From: SAR202 cluster bacterium
GTDB lineage: Bacteria > Chloroflexota > Dehalococcoidia > Lucifugimonadales > OSU-TB39
Direction of reading: 5' to 3'
Length of the DNA stretch: 64,000 nt
NCBI GenBank assembly: GCA_009392195.1
Contig: VFGY01000021.1
Location: 10,855 to 74,854, forward strand
In this document: positions 20,710 through 30,700 of the stretch, one piece after another
Layout of the letters: every line of letters begins with the position of its first letter
How positions within the stretch are numbered: position 1 is the first letter of the stretch
Notes under the pieces: generated by a model
What the model was told of the DNA's origin: nothing
The model's database searches: none
What the model saw: the letters and a program-made list of their open reading frames with translations, nothing else
Position numbers and translations under genes: made by a program

Positions 20710-21531
20710 ATGAAATCAAGAATAGCCACTGCTTCAATAGGAATACCAATCCTAGCTGGAGTTATTTTTGTTGGTGGGATATGGTTCTCAATATCAGTTT
20801 TGCTTTTGGCTGTAATTGGAACTTTAGAATTAAATAAATTATTGAACAACATAGGATTGAAGACTTCAAAGGTAATGTTTTTGATTTCCGTATGTTCGAT
20901 AGTGATATTAAGTCATTTTCTTACAATCGAAAAATACGATGAATATCATTTACTCACCTTGATAATCGTATTGGTAACTATTCCCTTGGTGTGGCAAATT
21001 CAACGCTTTAAATCGGGAACAAGTATCGTAGATTGGGTTGCTACATACTTTATGGTTATTTGCTTTGGAGGTGGATTGGCGCATGGTATTTTGTTGATAA
21101 ACCTTGATAATGGTGTTTACTTGGCTTGTTGGTTGGTATCGGTTGTAATGGCTTCAGATATGGCGGCGTTTTTTGTTGGTAGGAGGTTTGGTAAACATAA
21201 ATTGGCACCGAATATTAGCCCAATGAAAACAGTAGAAGGTGCTATTGCTGGAGTTGTAGGAGCAATTTTAATCAGCTTAGCAATATACTATATCTTTACC
21301 AAACTAGAAATAATGGATTTGAATTTCTCGATTATTACTGCAGTAATAGGAGGATTATTGGTTGGGTCTATAGGGATAATTGGAGATTTAGGAGAATCTA
21401 AATTAAAGCGAATGGCTGGAGTTAAAGATGCAGGTACTGTTTTTCCTGGACATGGTGGAGTTTTGGATAGATTAGATTCAGTTTTATTTAATTTGCCAAT
21501 CGCTTATTATGGGGTTGTGTGGATAAGTTAG
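20710..21531 (+). CDS. cdsA: Phosphatidate cytidylyltransferase
   Basis: Hydrophobic; D..AFFVG..FGKHKLAP.ISP.KT.EG, GDLGES.LKR..GVKD.G..FPGHGG.LDRLDS. Confidence 0.97.
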   Translation: MKSRIATASIGIPILAGVIFVGGIWFSISVLLLAVIGTLELNKLLNNIGLKTSKVMFLISVCSIVILSHFLTIEKYDEYHLLTLIIVLVTIPLVWQIQRFKSGTSIVDWVATYFMVICFGGGLAHGILLINLDNGVYLACWLVSVVMASDMAAFFVGRRFGKHKLAPNISPMKTVEGAIAGVVGAILISLAIYYIFTKLEIMDLNFSIITAVIGGLLVGSIGIIGDLGESKLKRMAGVKDAGTVFPGHGGVLDRLDSVLFNLPIAYYGVVWIS

Positions 21532-22658
21532 TGAAAAATTTAGTCATCATAGGTTCAACCGGTTCAGTTGGGACTCAAACCTTGGATGTAGTACGTTCTT
21601 TTCCTGATGACTTCAGGGTAGTGGGGCTAATCGCAGGAAAGAATTTTGAATTATTGGAACAACAAGTTGTTGAATTTAAACCTAAATGGATTTATAGCAA
21701 TTGTACCCAAAAGCAAAAACTCAAATTATATTCATATGGATGTTTTGAAAAACCGATAGAAGAGATTGTAGCTTTACCATCAGTTGATTTGATTGTTACT
21801 GCAACCTCAGGGGATATAGCTTTGGTGCCCACATTAATAGCTATAAACAATAAAAAAAATATTGCGTTGGCTAATAAAGAATCAATCGTTATAGCAGGCA
21901 AAGAACTTGTGTCAAAGGCGAAACAAAATAAAGTAGATATATTCCCTCTGGATAGCGAACCGAACGCTATATGGCAATGTTTAAAAGGTGAAGAAAAAGC
22001 AATTAGCAAGTTAATTATTACCGCTTCTGGCGGCGCACTTAGAGATTTTCCTTTGGAAACATTATCTGATGTAACGCCAGAGCAAGCGTTGAATCATCCA
22101 ACTTGGAAAATGGGTGACAAAATCACTGTTGATTCGGCTACTTTAATGAATAAAGCTTTTGAAGTGATAGAAGCACATTATCTGTTTGATATACCATGGG
22201 AAGATATTGAGGTCCTAATCCATACAGAAAGTCTTATACATTCAATGGTTGAATTTGTTGATGGTTCGATTAAAGCAGAAATTGGTAAGCCCGATATGAG
22301 AATGCCAATCCAATATTCTTTGTTACATCCTATCCGTAAATTTAACCCGAAAGTTTCCAAAGTTAACTTAATTGATGTCGGTAAATTATCATTTGCAGAA
22401 TTGGACTTGAATCGATATCCATGTTTTGTTTTAGGTATTGAATATGGAAAAAAAGGAGGTACTTGGCCAGCTGTATTATCAGGCGCAGATCAAATGGCAG
22501 TTGAATTATTTTTATCAGGAAAAATAAAGTACACTGAAATATGTGAGATTATAAGGAATGCTACTAAGAGCCACATAGCAGTATCAAACCCGGACGTTTA
22601 TCAAGCCTTGGAAGCAGCAAATTGGGCAAAAAAACAGGTAGAGGATTTAGTTAAGTAA
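21531..22658 (+). CDS. dxr: 1-deoxy-D-xylulose-5-phosphate reductoisomerase
   Basis: GSTGSVG, ALANKES, DSE, TASGG, HPTWKMG.KITVDSATLMNK; GTG start overlaps the cdsA TAG. Confidence 0.97.
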   Translation: MKNLVIIGSTGSVGTQTLDVVRSFPDDFRVVGLIAGKNFELLEQQVVEFKPKWIYSNCTQKQKLKLYSYGCFEKPIEEIVALPSVDLIVTATSGDIALVPTLIAINNKKNIALANKESIVIAGKELVSKAKQNKVDIFPLDSEPNAIWQCLKGEEKAISKLIITASGGALRDFPLETLSDVTPEQALNHPTWKMGDKITVDSATLMNKAFEVIEAHYLFDIPWEDIEVLIHTESLIHSMVEFVDGSIKAEIGKPDMRMPIQYSLLHPIRKFNPKVSKVNLIDVGKLSFAELDLNRYPCFVLGIEYGKKGGTWPAVLSGADQMAVELFLSGKIKYTEICEIIRNATKSHIAVSNPDVYQALEAANWAKKQVEDLVK

Positions 22659-22660
22659 TT

Positions 22661-23968
22661 ATGTTTGAATTTATGAATTGGTTGATAATTATTCCTGTTT
22701 TGGCATTTTTGATTTTTGTACATGAATTAGGTCATTTTGCCACAGCAAAACTGTTTAAAATAAAAGTTTTAGAATTTGGATTTGGATTTCCTCCAAGAAT
22801 ATTTGGGTATACATATAAAGGTACTATTTATTCTGTAAACCTTATTCCAGTCGGAGGCTTTGTTAAAATGGCCGGGGAAAAAGAATTCGAAGGACCAGGT
22901 AGCTTCAGTTCTGCTAATCCTTTTCAGAGATTGGTTGTGTTGATAGCTGGTTCTTTCATGAATCTTGTTATTCCATTTTTGATATTTATGATTTCTTTTA
23001 TGATGCCACATCAATCTTTGGCGGGAGGAGAAGTAATTATTAATGCTGTTGTACCAGGCTCTCCTGCTTTTGATGCCGGCATCGAAACTGGAGATGTAAT
23101 TGTTAAAGTAAACGACGAGAGAATTAATGATTTAAACCAATTATTAAAAATAATTAATGACAATCTGGGGCAAGAAACAGACATTACATTGAAGAAAAAT
23201 ACCATGGTGGCAGGTTTGAATTCTGAAAGAAATGAAGGGATGGTATTAGAAAATATTAGTCTGATACCTAGAAAAAACCCTCCTGTACTTGATGTTGTTG
23301 AAGAAGTAACGGATCAGACCGCAAAATTTGTTGATTTAAATTCGGAATTTGAATTGAAATTGCAAAAAGATGGGTCTTTTAGTTATGATTCTTCTTCCAA
23401 AATAGCAGATAAAGCGTTAGTAGGAGACAAGCAAATATCAGTTAAAGCAGCTAAAACCTATGACGCTACTTTTGAAGCAGGAGATAAATTGAATCAAGGT
23501 TCTATTGGAATCTTGATAGGAATATCTAATCCAAGGTTTGTATCCCAACAATCATCATTTTTTGATTCAATCACTCAGTCTTATAGTACGATAACTGGTA
23601 TATTTGTATTAACTTGGGAAAGTTTATCTCAGGCTGTTTCCTCTAGGTCCAACCCTGGTTTTGTAGGTCCCATTGGAATGGCACAAATAACTGCTGAGGG
23701 CGTTTCTAGAATGGGCCCCAGTTGGATTTTTCAACTAGCGGCATTTATTAGTTTGAATTTAGCGATTGTTAATATGTTGCCTATTCCAGCTTTAGATGGT
23801 GGAAGGGTTTTATTTATCATTGTAGAATTGGTGAGAGGTGGGAGAAAGGTATCTGAAAAAATTGAAAACGCAGCCCATATTGTAGGGTTTTTGGCTTTGA
23901 TGGGGCTGATTTTATTAATGAGTTTTGTTGATATCACTAGGATTATAAGTGGGGAGAGTCTCTTTTAG
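22661..23968 (+). CDS. rseP: RIP metalloprotease RseP (M50) with PDZ domain and an insertion
   Basis: HELGH, GFPP, P.GGFVK, PDZ 'PGSPA..AG...GD', GPIG, N.LPIPALDGG. Confidence 0.93.
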   Translation: MFEFMNWLIIIPVLAFLIFVHELGHFATAKLFKIKVLEFGFGFPPRIFGYTYKGTIYSVNLIPVGGFVKMAGEKEFEGPGSFSSANPFQRLVVLIAGSFMNLVIPFLIFMISFMMPHQSLAGGEVIINAVVPGSPAFDAGIETGDVIVKVNDERINDLNQLLKIINDNLGQETDITLKKNTMVAGLNSERNEGMVLENISLIPRKNPPVLDVVEEVTDQTAKFVDLNSEFELKLQKDGSFSYDSSSKIADKALVGDKQISVKAAKTYDATFEAGDKLNQGSIGILIGISNPRFVSQQSSFFDSITQSYSTITGIFVLTWESLSQAVSSRSNPGFVGPIGMAQITAEGVSRMGPSWIFQLAAFISLNLAIVNMLPIPALDGGRVLFIIVELVRGGRKVSEKIENAAHIVGFLALMGLILLMSFVDITRIISGESLF

Positions 23969-23975
23969 ATTGAAA

Positions 23976-25115
23976 ATGTTCAAAAGGCGTGTAACTAGTC
24001 AAATAAAAATCGGGAATGTTTCAATAGGTGGTAATGCACCGATATCTGTTCAGTCAATGACTAAGACGGATACTCGTAATGTAAAGGCGACCGTAGAACA
24101 GATAGATGCTATTGCTGAAGCGGGTGGAGATATTGTTAGGTGTGCTGTTCCAGATATGGAAGCAGCTGTGGCGCTAAAAGACATAGTGAAACAAAGTAAA
24201 TTACCCGTAGTCGCTGATATCCATTTCCATTATAAATTGGCTCTTGAATCCCTGAAAAATGGTGTTGATTGTTTGAGGTTAAATCCAGGAAACATAAGAG
24301 ATAAATCTAAGGTTCAGGAAATAGTTAAAGAAGCAAAAATAAGGAAAGTGCCGATAAGAATAGGGGTGAATTTTGGTAGTCTCCCCCCAGTGGGTAAAAT
24401 CGGTGTTTTTGGTGGTTTATCCCGACATACCGATAAGGTTAATGAGTTACCAAAGCCCTCTGAAGCTAAGGACGGAGAATATACTGTTGTAGACCATATG
24501 GTAGACACCGGATTATGGGAAATTGGGATTTTGGAAGATCTTGATTTTGACTTGATAAAAATATCTCTCAAAGCTTTTGATATTGATACAACCATACGGG
24601 CTTACAAGAAAATGGCTGAATTGGTCCCATATCCTTTTCATTTAGGTATTACAGAAGCTGGTACGGCTAAAGCAGGAAGTATACGAAGTGCTATTGGAAT
24701 AGGAAGTCTGTTGTATCAAGGAATAGGAGATACAATTAGAGTATCATTAAGTGCGCCACCTGAAGAGGAAATTATAGTCGGTACCGAGATTCTTAAATCT
24801 TTGGACATGAAAAAAGATGGTGTGACTTTGATTGCTTGTCCTAGTTGTGGAAGAGCAGACGTAGACGTGGTAAAGCTTTCAAATCAGGTTGACGAGTTGT
24901 TGAAAAAAATTGATACGCCAATCAAAGTAGCTGTGATGGGTTGTGAAGTTAATGGCCCTGGTGAAGCCAAGGATGCTGATGTAGGTATTGCTGCTGGAGC
25001 GGGTAGAGCTATAATTTTCACGAAAGGTCAGAAATCAAAAATAGTGGATGAAAGTGAAATGCTTCCAGCATTGATGCAAGAAATCGATAAATTAGAAAAA
25101 GAATTGTCCAAATAA
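23976..25115 (+). CDS. ispG: (E)-4-hydroxy-3-methylbut-2-enyl-diphosphate synthase
   Basis: IGG.APISVQSMT, VADIHF, LRLNPGNI, HLGITEAG, GIGDTIRVSL, CPSCGR, MGCEVNGPGEA. Confidence 0.97.
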   Translation: MFKRRVTSQIKIGNVSIGGNAPISVQSMTKTDTRNVKATVEQIDAIAEAGGDIVRCAVPDMEAAVALKDIVKQSKLPVVADIHFHYKLALESLKNGVDCLRLNPGNIRDKSKVQEIVKEAKIRKVPIRIGVNFGSLPPVGKIGVFGGLSRHTDKVNELPKPSEAKDGEYTVVDHMVDTGLWEIGILEDLDFDLIKISLKAFDIDTTIRAYKKMAELVPYPFHLGITEAGTAKAGSIRSAIGIGSLLYQGIGDTIRVSLSAPPEEEIIVGTEILKSLDMKKDGVTLIACPSCGRADVDVVKLSNQVDELLKKIDTPIKVAVMGCEVNGPGEAKDADVGIAAGAGRAIIFTKGQKSKIVDESEMLPALMQEIDKLEKELSK

Positions 25116-25164
25116 GTATGATGAGTTTGGACTAAATAAATTTGGATTAAGGTGGAGTAAAAAA

Positions 25165-26859
25165 ATTAGAATTTCTAAATTGTTTGGTAAAACATTAAGA
25201 GACGATCCTTCAGAGGCTGAACTAGACAGTCACAGATTAATGTTGAAATCAGGATTCATTAGTCAAATAGGGTCAGGGGTGTACAGTTATTTGCCATTAG
25301 GTTGGAAATCTTTAAGAAAGATTGAGCAGATAATTAGAGAAGAATTAGATGCTATAGATGGACAAGAGTTGCGTATGCCTGCTTTGCAACCATCTGATTT
25401 GTGGGAAAAATCAGGTAGATTTCAGGTTTTTGGCGATACTTTATTCAACTTTAACGATAGGCGGGGCAATACTATGGTTATGGCTCCAACTCACGAAGAA
25501 GTACTTACCTCTATGGTTAAGGCTAATGTTTTCAGTTACAGAGATCTACCTTTGTTACTTTATCAAATACAGACTAAATTTCGTGATGAAGAGAGGCCTA
25601 GAGGCGGGCTATTGAGAGTACGAGAATTCGACATGAAAGACGCCTATAGTTTTCATGTTGATGAACAAGGCTTGGATAAAACATATAACGAAATGATTGG
25701 AGCGTATAAGCGGATATATGAAAGATGTGGGCTTGAGGTAATTATGGTTGAAGCGGATAGTGGAGCCATTGGTGGAAAAGCATCACATGAGTTTATGGCC
25801 CTTTCAGATGTGGGCGAAGATACTGTAATTATGTGTGAATCTTGTGATTATGCAGCTAATGAAGAGAAAGCTGCTTTTGATAAGTCCATAGAAAACATGT
25901 TTGCAAATGAATTTGTAGAAGAAATTCACACTCCTAATGTTAAAACTATAGAGGCATTGGGGGAATTTTTGAACATAAATTCTAGCCAGACACTGAAATC
26001 TGTAATGTATGATTCCGATGGGGAATTGGTTTTAGCTTGTTTGCGTGGGGATTTAGAAATTAATGAAACTAAACTCAAGAATTTTTTGAAATCTAATGAG
26101 TTGTTGGTTGCTAGTGATGACAGTCTTTCTAGGCATTCAATAGTTGCAGGATATGTGTCTCCTGTTGGACTACATGGGATAAAGATTGTTGTTGATGATT
26201 CTCTAGTAGAAACTGGAGGTTTCGTTGCTGGCGCTAATAAACCTGATTATCATATCAAGAATGTCGTTTTCAATCGCGATTTTAATTCTTCAAATATTGT
26301 AGATATAGCAAAAGCTAATGATGGATATAAATGCACCTGTGGGGGAGAATTAGAAACTCGAAGAGGTATTGAGGTCGGTCATGTTTTTAAATTAGGTAGC
26401 AAATATAGTGAAGTATTTGAGGCAAGTTTTCTTGATGAGGAAGGGAAGAGAGGTACAATCCAAATGGGATGTTATGGTATTGGAGTAGGGAGGTTGCTAG
26501 CAGCGGTAATTGAACAAAACAATGATGATTTTGGGATGGTTTTGCCTGTGTCCATTTCACCTTTTAAAGTGTGGCTGACTGCATTAAATATTGACGATGA
26601 ACAGATAAATAAAACATCTTTTGAAGTTTATGAAAAATTGCGTAGCTTAAAGATTGAAGTTTTATTTGATGATAGAGATGAGTCAGCAGGAGTAAAATTC
26701 AAAGATGCTGATTTAGTTGGAGTGCCTTATCGTGTTGTAATAAGTACTCGTAATCTTAAAGAAGGTGTGGTGGAAATCAAGGAAAGGTCTAACCCTGATG
26801 CTGTTAAGATTCCAGTTGGAAAAATCCAACAATTTTTTGAAAATGAAATATGTGATTAA
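25165..26859 (+). CDS. proS: Proline--tRNA ligase (bacterial type with editing domain); probable ATT start
   Basis: PTHEE, QTKFRDE.RPRGGLLR.REF.MKDAYSF, GIEVGHVFKLG.KYS, MGCYGIGV.R. In-frame ATT at 25165 restores the expected N-terminus (M)RISKLFGKTLR; the first standard start is TTG 25180. Confidence 0.97.
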   Translation: MRISKLFGKTLRDDPSEAELDSHRLMLKSGFISQIGSGVYSYLPLGWKSLRKIEQIIREELDAIDGQELRMPALQPSDLWEKSGRFQVFGDTLFNFNDRRGNTMVMAPTHEEVLTSMVKANVFSYRDLPLLLYQIQTKFRDEERPRGGLLRVREFDMKDAYSFHVDEQGLDKTYNEMIGAYKRIYERCGLEVIMVEADSGAIGGKASHEFMALSDVGEDTVIMCESCDYAANEEKAAFDKSIENMFANEFVEEIHTPNVKTIEALGEFLNINSSQTLKSVMYDSDGELVLACLRGDLEINETKLKNFLKSNELLVASDDSLSRHSIVAGYVSPVGLHGIKIVVDDSLVETGGFVAGANKPDYHIKNVVFNRDFNSSNIVDIAKANDGYKCTCGGELETRRGIEVGHVFKLGSKYSEVFEASFLDEEGKRGTIQMGCYGIGVGRLLAAVIEQNNDDFGMVLPVSISPFKVWLTALNIDDEQINKTSFEVYEKLRSLKIEVLFDDRDESAGVKFKDADLVGVPYRVVISTRNLKEGVVEIKERSNPDAVKIPVGKIQQFFENEICD

Positions 26860-26880
26860 AGAAGTACTTAAAGGAGTGAC

Positions 26881-28503
26881 ATGAGTAAAACTGGAGGGGA
26901 AGCTTTAGTAGAAAGCATCAAAGCTAAAGGAGTTGAAGTAGTTTTTGGGATTCCTGGAGTCCAACTTTATCATTTAATGGATGCATTTTATAAGAATCCT
27001 GAAATAAAATTTATAGTAACTCGTCATGAACAGGGCGCGGCATATATGGCTGATGGATATGCTAGGGCCAGTGGAAAAGAAGGGGTTTGTGTGGTTGTTC
27101 CAGGGCCTGGATTGTTGAACGCTAGTGCGGCTATAGGTACTGCTTATTCGGCATCTTCTCCTGTATTAGTTTTAACTGGCCAAATAAATAAAGATTTCAT
27201 TGGGCTTGAGGGCGGAGAATTACATGAAATCCATGAACAACTTGATGTGATGAAACCGATTACGAAATCTGCTGAAAGAGTGGTGGATGCATCTCAAATA
27301 GAAGCGGCAGTTGAGCGTGCTTTTTATCAATTAAGAACAGGTAGGCCTAGGCCGGTTGAAATTGAAGTTCCTCCTGATACATTTGCCGAAGAATTTGATG
27401 ACTCAAATTTTAGTCCGGAAAATGAAGAATATCCTTTGCTTTACCCGAAGGAAGAAGATTTACTTGAAGCAGCAAAATTATTATCTGAATCAAAAAAAAC
27501 TATAGTTTGGGCTGGTGGTGGGGTTATATCCTCAGGAGCCTCTGAATCATTGACTAAATTGGTTGATTATATCCAATCTCCGGTATTTACTACTCAATCA
27601 GGTAAGGGTGCTTTTTCAGATAGTCATCCTTTATGTATGGGTTCGAATGGATTTGGAACAAATGTGTTGGGAGATTTTACAAGTGGATATGATGTTGTAT
27701 TAGCTGTAGGAACGAGATTTCATGGTGTTGGTCTAGAAGATAACGTGAAATTGATTCAAATTGATGTAGATGATGAGGAAATTGGACGTAATCACCCAGC
27801 TCAAGTTGGCATTAATGCTGATGCGAAAGTAGCTTTAGATTTGTTATATCCGATAGTGCAATCTTTAGTTCCCGGGAAAAATAGCAGACATCAGGAAGTT
27901 AGCGAACATAAGCAAAAAGTGTCTAAGCAGTTTAACTCGATTGAACCGCAGGCATCTTTTCTAAAAGCTATCAGAAATGCCGTGCCTGACGACGGTATAG
28001 TGGTGCAGGGTGTAACGCAAATAGGGTATTATTCGAGAGTTTATTACGAAGCTTATCAGCCAAGGTCATATATTACGTCTAATTATTTTGGTAATTTAGG
28101 GTATGTTTATCCAACTGCGCTTGGTGCAAAAGTGGCTTGTCCTGATAAAGCTGTAGTAGCAATTTCTGGTGATGGCGGTTTCTTGTTCAACTCACAAGAA
28201 CTAGCAACAGCAGTTAAGTATGGCATAAATGCTGTGGTTTTGGTCTTTAATGATAATGCTTTCGGTAATGTCAAGAGAGACCAATCAAAAAGTTTTTCTG
28301 GCAACGTTATCGGATCTGAACTATTGAATCCGGATTTTGTAAAGTTGGCTGAATCTTATGGAGCACTGGGTATTCGTGTTTCAAATGCTTCAGAACTAGA
28401 AAAAGAATTGACTAGAGTTTTGGAGATTGAACGGAATAATCCAAGCCAGGCTCGACCTGTTTTGATTGAAATACCTGTTGGGCCTATGCCCCAACCTTGG
28501 TAA
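26881..28503 (+). CDS. Thiamine-diphosphate-dependent enzyme (acetolactate synthase large subunit-like family)
   Basis: TGGEALV, VFGIPG, RHEQGAAYMADGYAR, VPGPG, GDGGFLF..QELATA, FNDNAFGNV; no ilvH neighbour. Confidence 0.9.
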   Translation: MSKTGGEALVESIKAKGVEVVFGIPGVQLYHLMDAFYKNPEIKFIVTRHEQGAAYMADGYARASGKEGVCVVVPGPGLLNASAAIGTAYSASSPVLVLTGQINKDFIGLEGGELHEIHEQLDVMKPITKSAERVVDASQIEAAVERAFYQLRTGRPRPVEIEVPPDTFAEEFDDSNFSPENEEYPLLYPKEEDLLEAAKLLSESKKTIVWAGGGVISSGASESLTKLVDYIQSPVFTTQSGKGAFSDSHPLCMGSNGFGTNVLGDFTSGYDVVLAVGTRFHGVGLEDNVKLIQIDVDDEEIGRNHPAQVGINADAKVALDLLYPIVQSLVPGKNSRHQEVSEHKQKVSKQFNSIEPQASFLKAIRNAVPDDGIVVQGVTQIGYYSRVYYEAYQPRSYITSNYFGNLGYVYPTALGAKVACPDKAVVAISGDGGFLFNSQELATAVKYGINAVVLVFNDNAFGNVKRDQSKSFSGNVIGSELLNPDFVKLAESYGALGIRVSNASELEKELTRVLEIERNNPSQARPVLIEIPVGPMPQPW

Positions 28504-28525
28504 ATTATATTTAGGAAAGAGATAT

Positions 28526-29491
28526 ATGGATAAACCTAAAAAGGTTCTTTGTTCCAAGTATTCTAGTGAAAATAAAGAGTCTATATCTGGAACTGCCCCT
28601 GATTGGGATACTTTAATTCTTGTTTCACTCAATACCCCTTGGCAACCTGATATTGAAGATTCAAATGATTTTCCTGCAGGCATTAATGACATAGTTAAAT
28701 CCGCATCAAATATGAATAATAAAATCAGATTACAATGCATAATTCCTGATGAAGATTATGTTGGAACAGGCTTAACTAAAATAATAAAGTATTCTAAGCA
28801 ATCAGATGAAGATTATTTCTCTAAATTTCAAAAGTTTGAGTTTGATGTATCTTCGGACAAAATTTATAGTGTGGTAAATGATTTGACCCTTAATGAAGAC
28901 GAAGAGTTAATTGAGCAGGGGCTAGCAAACAATAAAGACGCCCGTGACATATTTGTTTGTACTCATGGGAGTAGAGATGTATGTTGCGCTTCTTTTGGTT
29001 TCCCGATTTATACGGAATTAAAGAATAGGTTCTCTGATACAAGTACTAGGGTTTGGAGAATAAGTCATATTGGAGGACACAGATATGCTCCTAATGTGAT
29101 TGAAATGCCTAGTGGTAGACTTTGGTCTAGAGTAGAAGCGGATGACATAGAAGGGGTTTTTGAAAAACAATATTCAACTAATGAAATTCAACCCTTCTAC
29201 AGAGGGTTAATAGGTTTAAATTCTGCATATGAACAAATCATGGAAGCAAAATTGTTATTGCAAAACGGATGGGACTGGGAAAGTATTTTGTTTAAAAGTA
29301 AAATCATTGAATGTGAAGATGAAAGAGCTATAGTCCAATTTGAAACCTCCGGATCTGGTAATACTGAAAAATCCGTATATCAAGCAGCAATAGAGATTGA
29401 TGGATATGTGCAGACGATTCAATGCAGAACTGGGATTGAATCGAAAAAAGAACCCCAATATAAAATGGTAGCGTTCGATAAATTAACGTGA
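28526..29491 (+). CDS. Sucrase/ferredoxin-like (thioredoxin-like [2Fe-2S]) protein
   Basis: CS..S..E...GTA, FVCTHGSRDVCCA.FG.P, WRISHIGGHRYAPN, YRG; ATG 28526 with AGGA RBS. Confidence 0.85.
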   Translation: MDKPKKVLCSKYSSENKESISGTAPDWDTLILVSLNTPWQPDIEDSNDFPAGINDIVKSASNMNNKIRLQCIIPDEDYVGTGLTKIIKYSKQSDEDYFSKFQKFEFDVSSDKIYSVVNDLTLNEDEELIEQGLANNKDARDIFVCTHGSRDVCCASFGFPIYTELKNRFSDTSTRVWRISHIGGHRYAPNVIEMPSGRLWSRVEADDIEGVFEKQYSTNEIQPFYRGLIGLNSAYEQIMEAKLLLQNGWDWESILFKSKIIECEDERAIVQFETSGSGNTEKSVYQAAIEIDGYVQTIQCRTGIESKKEPQYKMVAFDKLT

Positions 29492-29531
29492 CAAAAATTA
29501 TGGTGAGTTAATTTATTAAGGGAGGATACAA

Positions 29532-30653
29532 ATGTCAGTAATATTTGATGCCCATGCTCATTGTTTTCCGCCATTAGGTTTGGATCGCGGGGATAAACAG
29601 TATTACGATATGTGTTCGGCCGAACATCAATATCACGTTCGTTTTCATCCTCAGGGCGTGAGACGTTCTAGCGACTCTTCTCTAATCTCCCTGCAAAAAC
29701 AAAATTCTATATTAACTGGTGAACATGATGGGGTTTCTTGGTTGCCAGATATATCTTTTAGAATAGGTGAATTTGGAAGATTAGAATTTACCCATGAAGA
29801 ACAAGATTATTATATGCAATGGATGCCTCCTTCTTTAACCAATATGGAAAGTTCTCCGGAACATTTAATTGCACAAATGGAATACGCTGGTGTAGATAGA
29901 GCTGTTTTGCAACATGATCGAGTCTACGGTCATTTAGACGAATTTTTGGGAGAGTGTGTGAAAAAATATCCAAATAAACTTGTTGGACTAGCGCAAGTTC
30001 AAGAATGGCGCGCCGGTGAGCCTGACCAACTTGATAGACTCAAGTATCAGGTTCTAGAACAAGGATTCAGAGGAGTATACTTTTCAACCGGTGGGTTTTT
30101 TCATGTAGATTTCAATATGAGCGTCAATGATTCATCTCTAGATCCGTTTTGGTCTTTAGTAGAAGAATTGAATATACCAATACATTGGTATGCAGGAGAA
30201 TATAGGAATCCAATGATGGAGGTTTATCTAAGAGAGCTTGAAGATTTTACTTTCTGGGCTGAATCTCATCAAAATATTCCCAGTGTTTTAACTCACGGAC
30301 TCAACAATATAAGTATGCTGAAAGGTGAACCTGATATTATAAGGTATCAATTGCCTGAAGTTATGGTCAGATTACTTAAGTATGATAATTGGTCTATAGA
30401 ATTGATGTTACATCTTATGGCAAGTGATTCACCATATCCGCCCTATAATCCACATTTAGAAAAAATTGTAGAAGATTTAATGAATGAAATTGGAATAGAG
30501 AAATTGATGTGGGGTTCAGATATGCCTTGTTGTGAAAGAACACTAAGTTATAAACAGTCATTGGTTCTATATAAAGAAAAATGTGAATTTCTGACTCAGG
30601 ATCAAACTGACTTAATTATCGGAGGTAATCTAGAAAAACTTTACCCGTTGTGA
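29532..30653 (+). CDS. Amidohydrolase-2 family protein
   Basis: FDAHAH, M..AGVDRAVL, LNIPIHW, LTHG, KLMWGSDMP, GGNL; GGAGG RBS. Confidence 0.85.
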   Translation: MSVIFDAHAHCFPPLGLDRGDKQYYDMCSAEHQYHVRFHPQGVRRSSDSSLISLQKQNSILTGEHDGVSWLPDISFRIGEFGRLEFTHEEQDYYMQWMPPSLTNMESSPEHLIAQMEYAGVDRAVLQHDRVYGHLDEFLGECVKKYPNKLVGLAQVQEWRAGEPDQLDRLKYQVLEQGFRGVYFSTGGFFHVDFNMSVNDSSLDPFWSLVEELNIPIHWYAGEYRNPMMEVYLRELEDFTFWAESHQNIPSVLTHGLNNISMLKGEPDIIRYQLPEVMVRLLKYDNWSIELMLHLMASDSPYPPYNPHLEKIVEDLMNEIGIEKLMWGSDMPCCERTLSYKQSLVLYKEKCEFLTQDQTDLIIGGNLEKLYPL

Positions 30654-30700
30654 TTACTATCTGTTAGTTTTCATGTGTTTTTAAATCTATTAAGATTAAT

